A DNA stretch of 64,000 bases from Collinsella sp. (GCA_048430825.1 DBFOLV010000053.1:1403-65402); one strand, 5' to 3'. Positions 25,227 through 35,460 are shown, numbered from the stretch's first letter. Translations and numbers: made by a program. The notes: generated by a model from the sequence alone, not told the origin.

Positions 25227-28024
25227 AAAGCATCGGCGCAGCGCTTGCAAATATGAGCGTGGCCGTTGTACTCGCCGACGGTGGTGCGGTAGTTCCAGCA
25301 ACGGTCGCAGCACTCGCCCTCGGCAGCATCAATGCAGACGGAAAGCTCTTCGCCCTGGGTCAGCTCAACATCGGAGACGATGTAGAACTCGGCCAGGTCG
25401 ACCGCTTTGTCACCAGTCAGCAGCGCGTACATCTCGGCGGGAACGACCGCCTTGACGCGAACCTGCTGGCTCTTGGTGAAGGTGCCGGCAGAACGGGCAT
25501 CCTCAAGGGCCTTGGTCACGGCGCTACGGAGCTCAAGAGAAGCCTCGAGCACGCCCTCGAACTCATTGGCCTCGTCGACCGTGATGGGCGACTTGTACCA
25601 ATCGAGCAGCGCGGCGTACTTCTGGTGATCGACGCAGCCAGCGGGCGCATATGCCATGGCCTCGTCAACCGTGTAGGACAGGATCGGCTGCAGGTCGCGC
25701 ATGAGCATCGAGAAGAGCTCGGCCAGCACGGTCTGGGCGCTGCGACGCTCGAGCGAGCCGGGCTTGTCGCAGTACAGACGGTCCTTCAGGGCGTCGAGGT
25801 ACACGTTGGAGAGCTCGGTAACCACGAAGTCATAAAGCGCACGGTAGGCGCGCGGGAACTCGTAGCTGGCGTAGGCGTCGTCGACCTCGGCCTGAACCTG
25901 AGTCAGGCGGGCAACCATGAGCTTGTCGAGCGGCAGCAGGTCGGCAAAGGCGACGCCGTCGGTCTCGGGCTCAAACTGACCCTCGAGCTCGGAGAGCAGG
26001 AAGCGCAGCGTGTTGCGGAAACGACGGTAGGCATCGGACGTACGAGCAAGGATCTCGTGGTCGATGGAGACGTCAGAGCTGGTGTCGACGGAGGCAACCC
26101 ACAGACGGATGATATCAGCGCCCATCTCGTCGCAGACCTTATTGGGGTCGATAACATTGCCGAGCGACTTGGACATCTTGCGGCCCTGACCATCGAGTGT
26201 GAAGCCCTGCGAGACGACCGCCTTGTACGGAGCATGGCCGTTGGCACCCACCGAGGTGAGCAGCGAGCTCTGGAACCAACCGCGGTGCTGGTCGGAGCCC
26301 TCAAGATACACGTCCGCCGGGTACTCAAGCTCAGGGCGATACTCGCAGACGGCCTTCCAAGACACGCCGGAATCCCACCACACGTCGAGGATGTCCTTAT
26401 CGGCCTTGAGGTGATGACCGCCGCACTTGGGGCAGACGCAGGCCTCGCCCAGGTAGCTCTCGGGAGCGTCGGTGAACCAGGCGTCAGAGCCCTTCTCGTG
26501 GAAGAGCTTGATGACGGCGTCGAGCGTAGCGTCGTTCATGACCTTCTCGCCGCAGTCGGCGCAGGTGTAGCTGGGGATAGGCACGCCCCAGTTGCGCTGA
26601 CGGCTAATGCACCAGTCGGGACGCTGCTCGACCATGGCGCCGATGCGGTTGGCGGCGTGAGCCGGATACCACTTGACGTTCTCGCGAACCTCCTTGCCAG
26701 CCTGCTCACGCAAGCCGGTCTTGTCCATCGAGACAAACCACTGGTCAGTAGCACGGAAGAGCACCGGGTGTTTGCAGCGCCAGCAGTGCGGATAGCTGTG
26801 CGTGATCTTCTTCTCGAGGACCAGGGTGCCGCGCTCGCGCAGGAACTCGATGATGTGCGGGTTGGCCTCATCGGTATCCATGCCGCTGAAGGGACCACCG
26901 GTGCCAAACTCCTCGCCGGTGTAGAACTTGCCGTCATCATCGACCGGCATGCAGATGTCGGTAATGCCCTCCTTGAGGCAGGCAAAGTAGTCGTCGACGC
27001 CGTGGCCGGGCGAGTTGTGGACGATACCGGTACCGTCATCGACACCGACGTAATCGGCCAGCAGCGCCACGCCCTCAACACCGTCAAAGATCGGCTGCTT
27101 GTAGTGGATGTGGTGGAAGGTCTCGGCGGGAACCACATAGGGCTTACCGTCGACCATAACCGGGGTGTACTCCCAACCAAACTCCTCGCAGCACTTGGGA
27201 GCCAGGTCCTCGAGCATGACCTCGGCACGACCCTCGTGCTCAACGGCGACATAGGCGGCGCCGGGCTTGAGGGAAACTGCCTGGTCGGAGGGAATGGTCC
27301 ACGGCGTGGTCGTCCAGATGATGAAGTCAACCGGGCCGTCGAAATTCTCGAGACCGGCGGGCTTGGAGGTCATCTCGAAGCGCACGAAGATGGACGGGCT
27401 CGTCTCATCGGAGTACTCGATCTCAGCCTCGGCCAGCGCGGTGTGGCAGTGCTTGCACCAGTGAACCGGCTTGTGGCCGCGATAAATCATGCCCTTATCG
27501 AACATGGCCTTGAAGACCTCGATATCGGCGGCGTCATGCTGGTGATAGAGCGTCAGATAGGGGTTGTCCCAGTCGCCGAGCACGCCCAGACGGCGGAAGC
27601 CAGCCTTCTGAAGCTCGATGTTCTCGACAGCGAACTCGTTGCAGAGCTCACGGATCTTGGCCGTGGGGGTCTGGTTGAACTTCTCGGTGCCGAGCTTCTC
27701 CTCGACCTTATGCTCGATCGGCTGACCGTGACAGTCCCAACCGGGGACATAGGGAACCTCATAGCCCTGCATCATCCAGTAACGGTTGATCATGTCCTTG
27801 GAGATCTTGTTCATGGCATGGCCGATGTGGATCGGACCGTTGGCGTACGGAGGACCGTCGTGCAGCACGAACTTCTTGTGACCCTCGTTCTTCTTCAGAA
27901 CCTGCTCGTAGACCTTGTTGTCCTGCCAGTCCTTGAGTCGCTTGGGCTCGGACTTGGAAAGACCGGCACGCATGGGAAAACCGGTCTTGGGCAGATTCAT
28001 CGTCTGCTTGTACTCGTTTGCCAC
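25223..28024 (-). CDS. ileS: Isoleucine--tRNA ligase (type 1)
   Basis: GTG start after a GAAAGGGG SD; HDGPPYANG, HIGH, WTTTPWT, EGSDQHRGWF, KMSKS and a C-terminal CDRCW...CKRC zinc finger. Confidence 0.98.
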   Translation of the reverse strand: MANEYKQTMNLPKTGFPMRAGLSKSEPKRLKDWQDNKVYEQVLKKNEGHKKFVLHDGPPYANGPIHIGHAMNKISKDMINRYWMMQGYEVPYVPGWDCHGQPIEHKVEEKLGTEKFNQTPTAKIRELCNEFAVENIELQKAGFRRLGVLGDWDNPYLTLYHQHDAADIEVFKAMFDKGMIYRGHKPVHWCKHCHTALAEAEIEYSDETSPSIFVRFEMTSKPAGLENFDGPVDFIIWTTTPWTIPSDQAVSLKPGAAYVAVEHEGRAEVMLEDLAPKCCEEFGWEYTPVMVDGKPYVVPAETFHHIHYKQPIFDGVEGVALLADYVGVDDGTGIVHNSPGHGVDDYFACLKEGITDICMPVDDDGKFYTGEEFGTGGPFSGMDTDEANPHIIEFLRERGTLVLEKKITHSYPHCWRCKHPVLFRATDQWFVSMDKTGLREQAGKEVRENVKWYPAHAANRIGAMVEQRPDWCISRQRNWGVPIPSYTCADCGEKVMNDATLDAVIKLFHEKGSDAWFTDAPESYLGEACVCPKCGGHHLKADKDILDVWWDSGVSWKAVCEYRPELEYPADVYLEGSDQHRGWFQSSLLTSVGANGHAPYKAVVSQGFTLDGQGRKMSKSLGNVIDPNKVCDEMGADIIRLWVASVDTSSDVSIDHEILARTSDAYRRFRNTLRFLLSELEGQFEPETDGVAFADLLPLDKLMVARLTQVQAEVDDAYASYEFPRAYRALYDFVVTELSNVYLDALKDRLYCDKPGSLERRSAQTVLAELFSMLMRDLQPILSYTVDEAMAYAPAGCVDHQKYAALLDWYKSPITVDEANEFEGVLEASLELRSAVTKALEDARSAGTFTKSQQVRVKAVVPAEMYALLTGDKAVDLAEFYIVSDVELTQGEELSVCIDAAEGECCDRCWNYRTTVGEYNGHAHICKRCADAL

Positions 28025-28067
28025 GGTACCCCTTTCATGTCGTGGGCGCGCACGCCCGATGGGCACC

Positions 28068-28370
28068 AAAAAAGCGCCCGTCCCTGCAAGCTGGGACGAA
28101 GCGCCACAAAACGGGCTGCACGCCCGCAAAAGCTCTTCGCTTAACCACCCAGCTTAGATGCCCTCGCCCGCGTATTCGCGCGCTCGCATCCGTTACTCGG
28201 CTGGCCTGTATCGACGACCATCTCGGCGATGTCTACTAAGACGAGCCTGCGCGGCACGTCCGTTGGGACCGCAGCTCCGGGGTGATTTTCATCGGTCGCA
28301 TGCACGGGTTCTCAGCGCTCCCCGCTCTCTGTAGCATGCGGACGGCCGACTACTCGTCCCCATCAACGCT
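28068..28370 (-). ncRNA. T-box riboswitch (Ile specifier AUC) with intrinsic terminator
   Basis: AGTA, AGAGA and GCTGAGA Stem I motifs; GAAA-ATC specifier (28284-28286); antiterminator AAGCTGGG-TGGTTAA-GCGAAG / CTTCGT-CCCAGCTT; terminator stem followed by TTTTTT. Confidence 0.92.
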
Positions 28371-28510
28371 TATGCGGAGTATGCTAGCACGTTCCGCGCC
28401 GGCGAAAAACCCTCAACACTGGTTTTATACGTTCGAAATTTCTCGCTAATACAGCCCTTCTCTAGGAGCAAAATACCTGAAAGCACTCTATCGAACGAAA
28501 GAAGGTTGCT

Positions 28511-29593
28511 ATGCGCACGATTGGAATGAGCGACTACACCGTTGGCGAGGATTGCTTTACCGAGCTACCCGCCGCACTGGCGGAGTACGGTGCGAAGAAG
28601 GTCGCCATCATTGGCGGCAAGCGAGCCCTGGCTGCAGCGCTACCGGGCATCGAGGCGGCACTTGAAGGTACCGATGTCGAGATTCTAGAGACGCGCGTCT
28701 ATGGCACCAACAGTACGCGTGCCAATATCGCCAAGGTCGTGAACTCCCCTGCCTGCCAGGAAGCTGACGTGCTCATCGCATGCGGCGGCGGCAAAGCGCT
28801 CGACACCGTGAAGACCGCAGCCATCGAGCTCAAGAAGATCGTCTTCACCGTCCCGACGATTTGCTCTAACTGTTCCGCCGCGACCGCCATTGCCGTTGTC
28901 TACAACGACGATGGATCACTCGAGGGCTATTCATACCCCAACCGACCGGCGCACATCTTCATCAATCCCAAGATCATCGCCGAGGCTCCGGCGGAGTACT
29001 TCTGGGCCGGCGTGGGCGATGCCCTGTCCAAGCAGCCCGAAGTCGAGTACGCCACGAGTGCCGGCAACCTGGAGCACACCGCCGGTCTTGGCCTGGCACT
29101 CGCCCACACCTGCTCCGAGCCGCTGTTTACCTACGGCGTCCAAGGTCTTGAGGACGTACGCAAGAACCTGTCGAGCGAAGCCGTCAAGCAGATCGCGCTC
29201 GACATCGTGGTCAACACGGGCTATGTCTCGAACCTGACCAACCAAAACGATTACTACTACAACTCGAGCGTGGCGCACGCGTTCTACAATGCGACGTGCA
29301 GCATTCCGCGCGAGGGAACCTATCTGCACGGCGAGGTCGTAAGCCTGGGCGTGCTCGTGCTGTTTGCCTATACGAGCGATACCGAGAACCTTGAGCGCTA
29401 CGCCGCCTTTAACAAGCAGATGGGCCTGCCCGTGACGCTTGAACAGGTCGGGCTTTCCGAGGCCGATATCCCTGCCCTGTGCGAATACGCGCACGCCACC
29501 AACGAGTGGAAGCAGGGCAACCCTGAGCCCTTCACCGACGAAAAGTTCGCCGCCGCCATCAAGGCCGCCGACGCCTACGGCCACACGCTCTAG
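28511..29593 (+). CDS. Glycerol dehydrogenase-like metal-dependent alcohol dehydrogenase
   Basis: GGGKALDTVK, VPTICSNCS, AGVGDAL, AHAF, LHGEVV. Confidence 0.88.
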   Translation: MRTIGMSDYTVGEDCFTELPAALAEYGAKKVAIIGGKRALAAALPGIEAALEGTDVEILETRVYGTNSTRANIAKVVNSPACQEADVLIACGGGKALDTVKTAAIELKKIVFTVPTICSNCSAATAIAVVYNDDGSLEGYSYPNRPAHIFINPKIIAEAPAEYFWAGVGDALSKQPEVEYATSAGNLEHTAGLGLALAHTCSEPLFTYGVQGLEDVRKNLSSEAVKQIALDIVVNTGYVSNLTNQNDYYYNSSVAHAFYNATCSIPREGTYLHGEVVSLGVLVLFAYTSDTENLERYAAFNKQMGLPVTLEQVGLSEADIPALCEYAHATNEWKQGNPEPFTDEKFAAAIKAADAYGHTL

Positions 29594-29602
29594 GCCTAGC
29601 CC

Positions 29603-29641
29603 AAAACCACCACAAGGGAGCAGTGCCCTTGTGGTGGTTTT
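29603..29641. repeat. Palindromic repeat, ACCACCAC family copy 2, probable bidirectional terminator
   Basis: AAAACCACCACAAGGG-agcagtg-CCCTTGTGGTGGTTTT, perfect 16-bp arms between convergent genes. Confidence 0.8.
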
Positions 29642-30097
29642 TTATTGCTCCAGCATGCTGGGGTCGAACTCGCTAACCGGGATCACGCGATAACCGTGGC
29701 GGAGCAGTAAATCAACGAAGACGCCGTTGCCCGCCGTGAGGGTGCCACTGAATGTTCCGTCGTAGATGAGGCTCGCGCCGCACGAGGGACTACGGTCCTG
29801 CAGGATGCACGCGGCGATCTCTTCCGGCCCACCCGCCTGCTCGCACATGTCGAGCGCACGTTGGGCGCCTAGGCGAAATTCCAGGTCAACGGACACGCCC
29901 TCGCAGGTACAGACCTCGCCGTTCACAATCTCGGACGGCTTGCGCGGCGTGGGCAGGCCCCCAAAGACCTCAGGGCACACCAAGAGGACCTCGGTCCCTG
30001 TACGCTCGCAGGCCTCGACCAACTCGCGATGATAGTTGTCGAGCCCATTATACTTGCAGCTCTCGCCCATCAAACAGGCACTCACCACGATCTTCAT
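29642..30097 (-). CDS. DUF523 protein (2-thiouracil desulfidase TudS-like, Fe-S)
   Basis: VSACLMG..CKY, VCPEV.GGLPTPR, RSPSCG, IYDGTFSG, GNGV. Confidence 0.88.
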   Translation of the reverse strand: MKIVVSACLMGESCKYNGLDNYHRELVEACERTGTEVLLVCPEVFGGLPTPRKPSEIVNGEVCTCEGVSVDLEFRLGAQRALDMCEQAGGPEEIAACILQDRSPSCGASLIYDGTFSGTLTAGNGVFVDLLLRHGYRVIPVSEFDPSMLEQ

Positions 30098-30113
30098 TTC
30101 CATCCCTCTCAAG

Positions 30114-30151
30114 CAAAACGCCCCATTTGAGTAAGCTGCTCAAATGGGGCG
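30114..30151 (-). terminator. Intrinsic terminator downstream of ftsH
   Basis: ACGCCCCATTTGAG / CTCAAATGGGGCGT stem plus a short T run on the minus strand. Confidence 0.75.
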
Positions 30152-30178
30152 TCGGCGTTTACCGGCTCGGCCGCGGCT

Positions 30179-32086
30179 TTACTGCTGCTTGGGCATCAGC
30201 GGATTCTCGCGCGTGAGGAGGTTCATGAACTCCTCACCCGTAATGGTCTCCTTCTTGTACAGATAACGAGCCAGCTCATGGAGCTTAAACTTGTTCTCCT
30301 TGAGGATCTGCAGGGCGCGATCGTGCGCGTCCTCGATCAGCTTAGCGACAATCGCGTCCACGCGCTCGGCCGTACCGGGAGCGCAGGTAAGCGACGTGTC
30401 CTGGTTGAGGTACGCATTCTGCACGGTACCAAGCGCCATCATGCCAAACTCGTCGGACATACCAAAGCGCGTCACCATGTTGCGGGCGAGCTTGGTGGCC
30501 TGTTCGATATCGTTGGCGGCACCGGTCGTCATCTCGCCAAAGATGAGTTCCTCGGCCGCACGGCCGCCGCAGTAGACGGCAAGCTTGTCCAAGACCTCCT
30601 GGCGTGTCGTCAGGAAGCGCTCGTCCTCCTCGACCTGCATGGTATAGCCAAGAGCACCGCTCGTGCGCGGCACGATGGTGATCTTGGTAACCGGCGCAGA
30701 GCCCTTCTGGCGAGCGGCAACGATGGCATGACCGATCTCGTGATAAGAAACGACCTGCTTCTCGTGGTCGGACAGCACCGTGGACTTGCGCTGCTGACCG
30801 GCGATGACGACCTCCACCGACTCCTCAAAATCGTCCTGCGTGGCGCGCTTGCGACCCTCGCGGACGGCACGCAGCGCGCCCTCGTTGATGATGTTGGCCA
30901 GGTCGGCGCCCGAGGCGCCGGGCGTGGCACGGGCAATCGCGGTCAGGTCGATCGGCGGCTGCGTCTTCACGCTCTTGGCATGCAGCTCGAGGATGCTCTT
31001 GCGGCCGGTCAGGTCGGGCAGCTCAACGGGGATGCGACGGTCAAAACGACCGGGGCGCAGCAGGGCCGGGTCAAGGCTGTCGGGACGGTTAGTGGCAGCG
31101 AGGACGACGATACCCTTGTGGTTATCGAAGCCGTCCATCTCGGTCAACAGCTGGTTGAGCGTCTGCTCGCGCTCGTCGTTGCCGCTAAAGCCGCCGCCGT
31201 CACGCTTTTTGCCGATCGTATCGATCTCGTCGATAAAGACGATGCACGGGGCCTTTTCCTTGGCCTGCTTAAACAGGTCGCGCACCTTGGCGGCGCCACG
31301 GCCGACGAACATCTCGACGAACTCAGAACCCGAAATGCTAAAGAACGGAACACCAGCCTCGCCGGCAACAGCCTTGGCTAGCAGGGTCTTACCGGTACCC
31401 GGAGGGCCAACAAGGAGAGCACCGCGCGGCAGCTTGGCGCCAATCTCCTCGTAGCGCTGGGGCTTCTCCAGAAAGTCGACGACCTCCTTGAGGGACTCCT
31501 TAGCCTCTTCCTGGCCGGCAACATCCTTAAAGGTCACGCCCACGTCCTTGGAGGCGATCACGCGCGCGCCGGACTTGCCCAGTCCACCGCCGCCAAAACC
31601 GCCGCCACCAAAGTTCATCGAAGGACCGTCATCGCCCATGGCCTTCTTCATACGGCGGTTGAGCCACCAACCGATGAGGAAGAAAATCGCCATGGGAAGG
31701 ATGAGCGTAAGCAGGTAATAGGTCATCAGACCCGAGTTCTTATCGGGAACGACCGACTCAAGCGAGGCACCAGATTCAAGCACGCGATCGGTAAAGCCAG
31801 CGTCATTCGGCACACCGGTCGTCTTGTAGGCGATGTTCTCGTCCTCGCCCTTCTTGGTGTAATAAATCGTGTAATCGTCCGTGTTGTACTCGACCTTGTC
31901 GACACTCTTCTTATCGAGCGCTTTGACAAACGTCGAGTAATCGGTCTTCGTAATCTGCTGCGTGTGACCGATGTTGGGGAACAGAACGGTCGAGAGCACG
32001 AGGTAGACGACGAAGGCGATGAGCACGTAGAGGATCATATTCCGTCTACGTTTGTTGTCATCCATCTCCATCTGCTTGAACTCCAT
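30179..32086 (-). CDS. ftsH: ATP-dependent zinc metalloprotease FtsH
   Basis: Two TM helices, [28 protein letters not shown]. Confidence 0.96.
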   Translation of the reverse strand: MEFKQMEMDDNKRRRNMILYVLIAFVVYLVLSTVLFPNIGHTQQITKTDYSTFVKALDKKSVDKVEYNTDDYTIYYTKKGEDENIAYKTTGVPNDAGFTDRVLESGASLESVVPDKNSGLMTYYLLTLILPMAIFFLIGWWLNRRMKKAMGDDGPSMNFGGGGFGGGGLGKSGARVIASKDVGVTFKDVAGQEEAKESLKEVVDFLEKPQRYEEIGAKLPRGALLVGPPGTGKTLLAKAVAGEAGVPFFSISGSEFVEMFVGRGAAKVRDLFKQAKEKAPCIVFIDEIDTIGKKRDGGGFSGNDEREQTLNQLLTEMDGFDNHKGIVVLAATNRPDSLDPALLRPGRFDRRIPVELPDLTGRKSILELHAKSVKTQPPIDLTAIARATPGASGADLANIINEGALRAVREGRKRATQDDFEESVEVVIAGQQRKSTVLSDHEKQVVSYHEIGHAIVAARQKGSAPVTKITIVPRTSGALGYTMQVEEDERFLTTRQEVLDKLAVYCGGRAAEELIFGEMTTGAANDIEQATKLARNMVTRFGMSDEFGMMALGTVQNAYLNQDTSLTCAPGTAERVDAIVAKLIEDAHDRALQILKENKFKLHELARYLYKKETITGEEFMNLLTRENPLMPKQQ

Positions 32087-32113
32087 CTACTGGGGTTGAT
32101 AATGTTTTCTAGA

Positions 32114-32139
32114 ATACCCAACCCGGACGGCGATAAACC
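32114..32139 (-). promoter_or_regulatory. Candidate SigB/SigF-type promoter of ftsH
   Basis: G-GTTTAT-N13-GGGTAT on the minus strand, ending 27 nt before the ATG at 32086. Confidence 0.6.
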
Positions 32140-32163
32140 GACGCCGGGCACGAAAGGACAGAG

Positions 32164-32411
32164 ATGGCATCACTGTAAGTCGGCAAGGTTCAAATCTATA
32201 CAGGCGACGGCAAGGGCAAGACGACAGCTGCTTTGGGGCGCGAGAGGATGTCGAGGAACTGATTGCGATAAAGCCCGCCACCACGGAACTCGTGCTCACC
32301 GGCCGCTGCTTGCTACCCCTCGCCGACCTTGCCGACCTAGTAACCGAAATGCGCCCCGTCAAACACTACTTCGACGAAGGCCTCCTAGCCCGCCAAGGCA
32401 TCGAATACTAG
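32164..32411 (+). pseudogene. cobO: cob(I)alamin adenosyltransferase (CobO/BtuR) pseudogene
   Basis: AAAGGA SD, then MASL*VGKVQIYTGDGKGKTTAALG, then in another frame EDVEELIAIKPATTELVLTGR...ADLVTEMRPVKHYFDEGLLARQGIEY*. Confidence 0.9.
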
Positions 32412-32433
32412 CCATTGCGGACGTCCCCAATAG

Positions 32434-33783
32434 CTAGGCAGTGGCGCGGCCGAGCCAGTTGCCGCTGTGATGGTAGACGGTGAACATCATGGCGGTGATT
32501 ACCCAGGTTACGGGGTAGACCAGCAGCAGGTGCTCAAGCGACGGATCGAACGGCATAATCGCAAACACCCAGATCACCCTGAGCACGACGGTGCCAAAAA
32601 TCGTGAGCAGCATGGGCTGCAAGCTCACGCCGGCGCCGCGGATGGAACCCGACGCGTTCTCGATAATCGAGAAAATCGCGTAGAACGGCGCGATAAAATG
32701 AAGAATCGTCGTGGTGTACGCCGAAATCGAAGCATCGTCGACAAACAGACGAGACAGCGGACCCGAGAATACCAGCAGCACGGCAGACAGGCCACCAATG
32801 AGCATAAACGACAGCACGAGCGACGTATGGTAGCCCTTGCGCATGCGCTCGTAGTTGCGCGCGCCAAAGTTCTGTGCCGAGAACGTGGTGATCGACACGC
32901 CAAGCGCCTCGGTAACCATCCAGACAATGCCATCCAGGCGGCCCGAAAGACCCCAAGCCGTGGTGACATCGGCACCAAACGAGTTGACCGACACCTGAAT
33001 CAAAACGTTGGAAATCGAATACGCAGCAGACTGAAAGCCAAGCGGCAGACCACACGAGATCATGCTCTTACAAATGCCAGGATCAATGCCGAGTTTGGAC
33101 AGTGAAAGCCGCCACGCACCCGGTGCGTGCATCATACGAATCACGATCATCGTGGCGTTGGAGCAAATGGTCAGCGCCACCGCGATGCCACAGCCCAGAG
33201 CCTCCATATGAAGCACGGCAACGAAGATGATATCCAAAACCGCATTAACAAGGCAGCCGGAAGCGATGATCACAGCAGGCCCGCGCGTGTCGCCCACGGC
33301 GCGCAGCAATGCCGTTCCCATATTGAGCAGCAGTGCCGCAACCATCGCGGCAAAATAACAGCGAGCATAGGCCACGCCCTCGGCCAATAGTTCATGCGGC
33401 GTGTTCATAAGCACCAGCATGGGCTCAACGAACACTATGCCGAGAATGGAGAAGACGATACCGCCCACCAGCGCGAGCGTCATGGCCGTGTGAACCGAAC
33501 GATTCAGTCGTTCATCATCGTGCTGGCCAAAATACTGACCGGTAATGACCGCGCAGCCGGCGCCGACGCCAACGCAAAAGCCAATGCAGAGCTCGGTGAG
33601 CACCATCGTGGCTTGAATGCCACCCAGCGCGAGCTTGCCGCCAAACTGGCCGACGATATACGTACCGATAAGCGTGTAGGCCTGCTGAAAAAACGAACTA
33701 AAAAAGATGGGAACGCACAGCGACAGCAATTGCTGCCAAATGACACCTTGCGTTACATCGATCGCCGTAGATTTCTTAGCCAC
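32434..33783 (-). CDS. MATE family efflux transporter
   Basis: About 12 TM helices; LLRAVGDTRGP, AQNFGARNYERM, IRGAG. Confidence 0.92.
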   Translation of the reverse strand: MAKKSTAIDVTQGVIWQQLLSLCVPIFFSSFFQQAYTLIGTYIVGQFGGKLALGGIQATMVLTELCIGFCVGVGAGCAVITGQYFGQHDDERLNRSVHTAMTLALVGGIVFSILGIVFVEPMLVLMNTPHELLAEGVAYARCYFAAMVAALLLNMGTALLRAVGDTRGPAVIIASGCLVNAVLDIIFVAVLHMEALGCGIAVALTICSNATMIVIRMMHAPGAWRLSLSKLGIDPGICKSMISCGLPLGFQSAAYSISNVLIQVSVNSFGADVTTAWGLSGRLDGIVWMVTEALGVSITTFSAQNFGARNYERMRKGYHTSLVLSFMLIGGLSAVLLVFSGPLSRLFVDDASISAYTTTILHFIAPFYAIFSIIENASGSIRGAGVSLQPMLLTIFGTVVLRVIWVFAIMPFDPSLEHLLLVYPVTWVITAMMFTVYHHSGNWLGRATA

Positions 33784-33908
33784 ACGCCCTCCCCACACGC
33801 ATACGTCAAACAGCAAAACGGCAATTTAAGACCAAAGCCAATACCAGCTTAGCACCGACCAGCGTCGGCCGAAACGCCCCGAACCAGAGCCCGGAGCGAA
33901 ATATCTGT

Positions 33909-34823
33909 CTAGTGATACAAACCCGGCTGGTAGTGATACTCATTGCTCACGTGCGGGCACAGCTGCCAAAAGGCGACGGCGCTCGCCGCGGCCACGTTGA
34001 GCGAATCGACCCCGTGCGCCATCGGAATGCGCACGGCTCGGTCGCAGCCCTCAATAGTCTTGGCTCCCAGGCCGGCACCCTCGGTACCCATAAAGATCGC
34101 CAGGCGATCAATCTCCTGCAGCACGGGATCGTCCAACGACACCGAATCATCCGTCAACGCCATGGCGGCACACGAAAAGCCGGCATCGTGCAGCGCCGCC
34201 AGCCCATCATGCGGCCATACGCGCGCCTCACTCCCAATACGCGTCCAGGGCACCTGGAAAACCGTGCCCATGCTCACGCGGGCCGAGCGACGATACAGCG
34301 GGTCACAGCAAGTAGGGCTCACCAAAATGCCATCGACGTTCAGCGCAGCCGCCGAGCGGAAAATCGCGCCGACGTTGGTGTGGTCGACAATGCCCTCGAG
34401 GACGCATACGCGCACCGGGCGCTCCCCCGCCGCCTCGACGACACCGCCCAAGAACTCATCAACTGGAATCTGACGTGAACGACGGAATGCCGCGAGCGCA
34501 CCGCGCGTCACGTTAAAGCCCGTCAGCTGCTCCATGAGCTCCATGGAGGCAACGAACACAGGAACCGGACCCGCGCCCTCGCGCACAACCAGGCGCTCGA
34601 ACAACGGCATCATCTGGTCGAGCCAGCGTTCACCCAAAAGAAAGCTCACCGGCTGATATCCGGCACGCACGGCACGCTCGATGACCTTGGCGCTCTCCGC
34701 AATAAAGATGCCCTTTTGCGGCTCCAGCACGCAGCGCAGCTCGCGCTCGGTCAGTCGCACGTAGGCATCGAGCCGCTCGTCCTCGAGCGAATCAATTCGC
34801 AGAACCTCAACGGCATCAGTCAT
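33909..34823 (-). CDS. TrmH/SpoU family RNA methyltransferase
   Basis: DHTNVGAIFRSA, MGTEGAGL, IPMAHGVDSLNVAAA. Confidence 0.92.
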   Translation of the reverse strand: MTDAVEVLRIDSLEDERLDAYVRLTERELRCVLEPQKGIFIAESAKVIERAVRAGYQPVSFLLGERWLDQMMPLFERLVVREGAGPVPVFVASMELMEQLTGFNVTRGALAAFRRSRQIPVDEFLGGVVEAAGERPVRVCVLEGIVDHTNVGAIFRSAAALNVDGILVSPTCCDPLYRRSARVSMGTVFQVPWTRIGSEARVWPHDGLAALHDAGFSCAAMALTDDSVSLDDPVLQEIDRLAIFMGTEGAGLGAKTIEGCDRAVRIPMAHGVDSLNVAAASAVAFWQLCPHVSNEYHYQPGLYH

Positions 34824-34932
34824 AGCAGCCAGCCCGCACCTTTCTTTGCAGCACATCTATACCAAACGAGGCGACGCTAAGCGCCGCCCCATGCAATCAA
34901 ATAACCCGATGATACCGTTCACGCCAGACGAT

Positions 34933-35451
34933 TTACGCCTCAACGCGACGATACGTCACGAACTCATAATCGAGACCTTCGTCACCCTCGCCCGCGGCAA
35001 TCGTGGCAACACCGCAACGCCGCGCAATCTCCCACGCGGGATCGGCATCCAAATCGGGAAAGTACGTATCCACGTCATGGATGCAATGGTTGTGCGTGAC
35101 CTCGGCCTCGGTGCAATACGGCAAAAATTGCCGATACACCTCGCCGCCGCCAATCACCCACGCAACGGGCTCATCGGCCACGGCGGCCAAGGCCTCGTCA
35201 ACGCTATACACCACGTCGACGCCCTCGGCAGCAAAGCTCTCGTCGCGGGTTAGTACGATATTGCGACGGTTCTTAAGCGGACGCCCGCCGGGGAAACTCA
35301 GCAGCGTCTTGCGTCCCAGAATGACCGGACAGCCTTTGGTGCACGCCACAAAATGGCGCATGTCGGCACGGTTGGACACGACCATATCGCCCTCGCAGCC
35401 AATGCCCCAGTCTTCACACACGGCAACGATGGCAGAAAGCTTACACGTCAT
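34933..35451 (-). CDS. folA: Dihydrofolate reductase
   Basis: AIVAV..WGIG, DMRHF, GRKT, PLKNRRNIVLT, VIGGGEVY, DTYFP. Confidence 0.93.
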   Translation of the reverse strand: MTCKLSAIVAVCEDWGIGCEGDMVVSNRADMRHFVACTKGCPVILGRKTLLSFPGGRPLKNRRNIVLTRDESFAAEGVDVVYSVDEALAAVADEPVAWVIGGGEVYRQFLPYCTEAEVTHNHCIHDVDTYFPDLDADPAWEIARRCGVATIAAGEGDEGLDYEFVTYRRVEA

Positions 35452-35460
35452 GCCTGCCAC

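Noticed and set aside
25253..28144. 963-aa plus-strand ORF, and similar long ORFs at 13465-15240, 36858-38573, 59919-62543 and 62557-63870
   Set aside because: They lie antisense to ileS, alaS, ffh, infB and nusA, have V/L/G/D/H-rich composition and no family motifs; this is the expected shadow of high-GC codon usage.
32087..32362. 91-aa minus-strand ORF upstream of ftsH
   Set aside because: No motifs; it overlaps the plus-strand cobO remnant and the ftsH promoter region.
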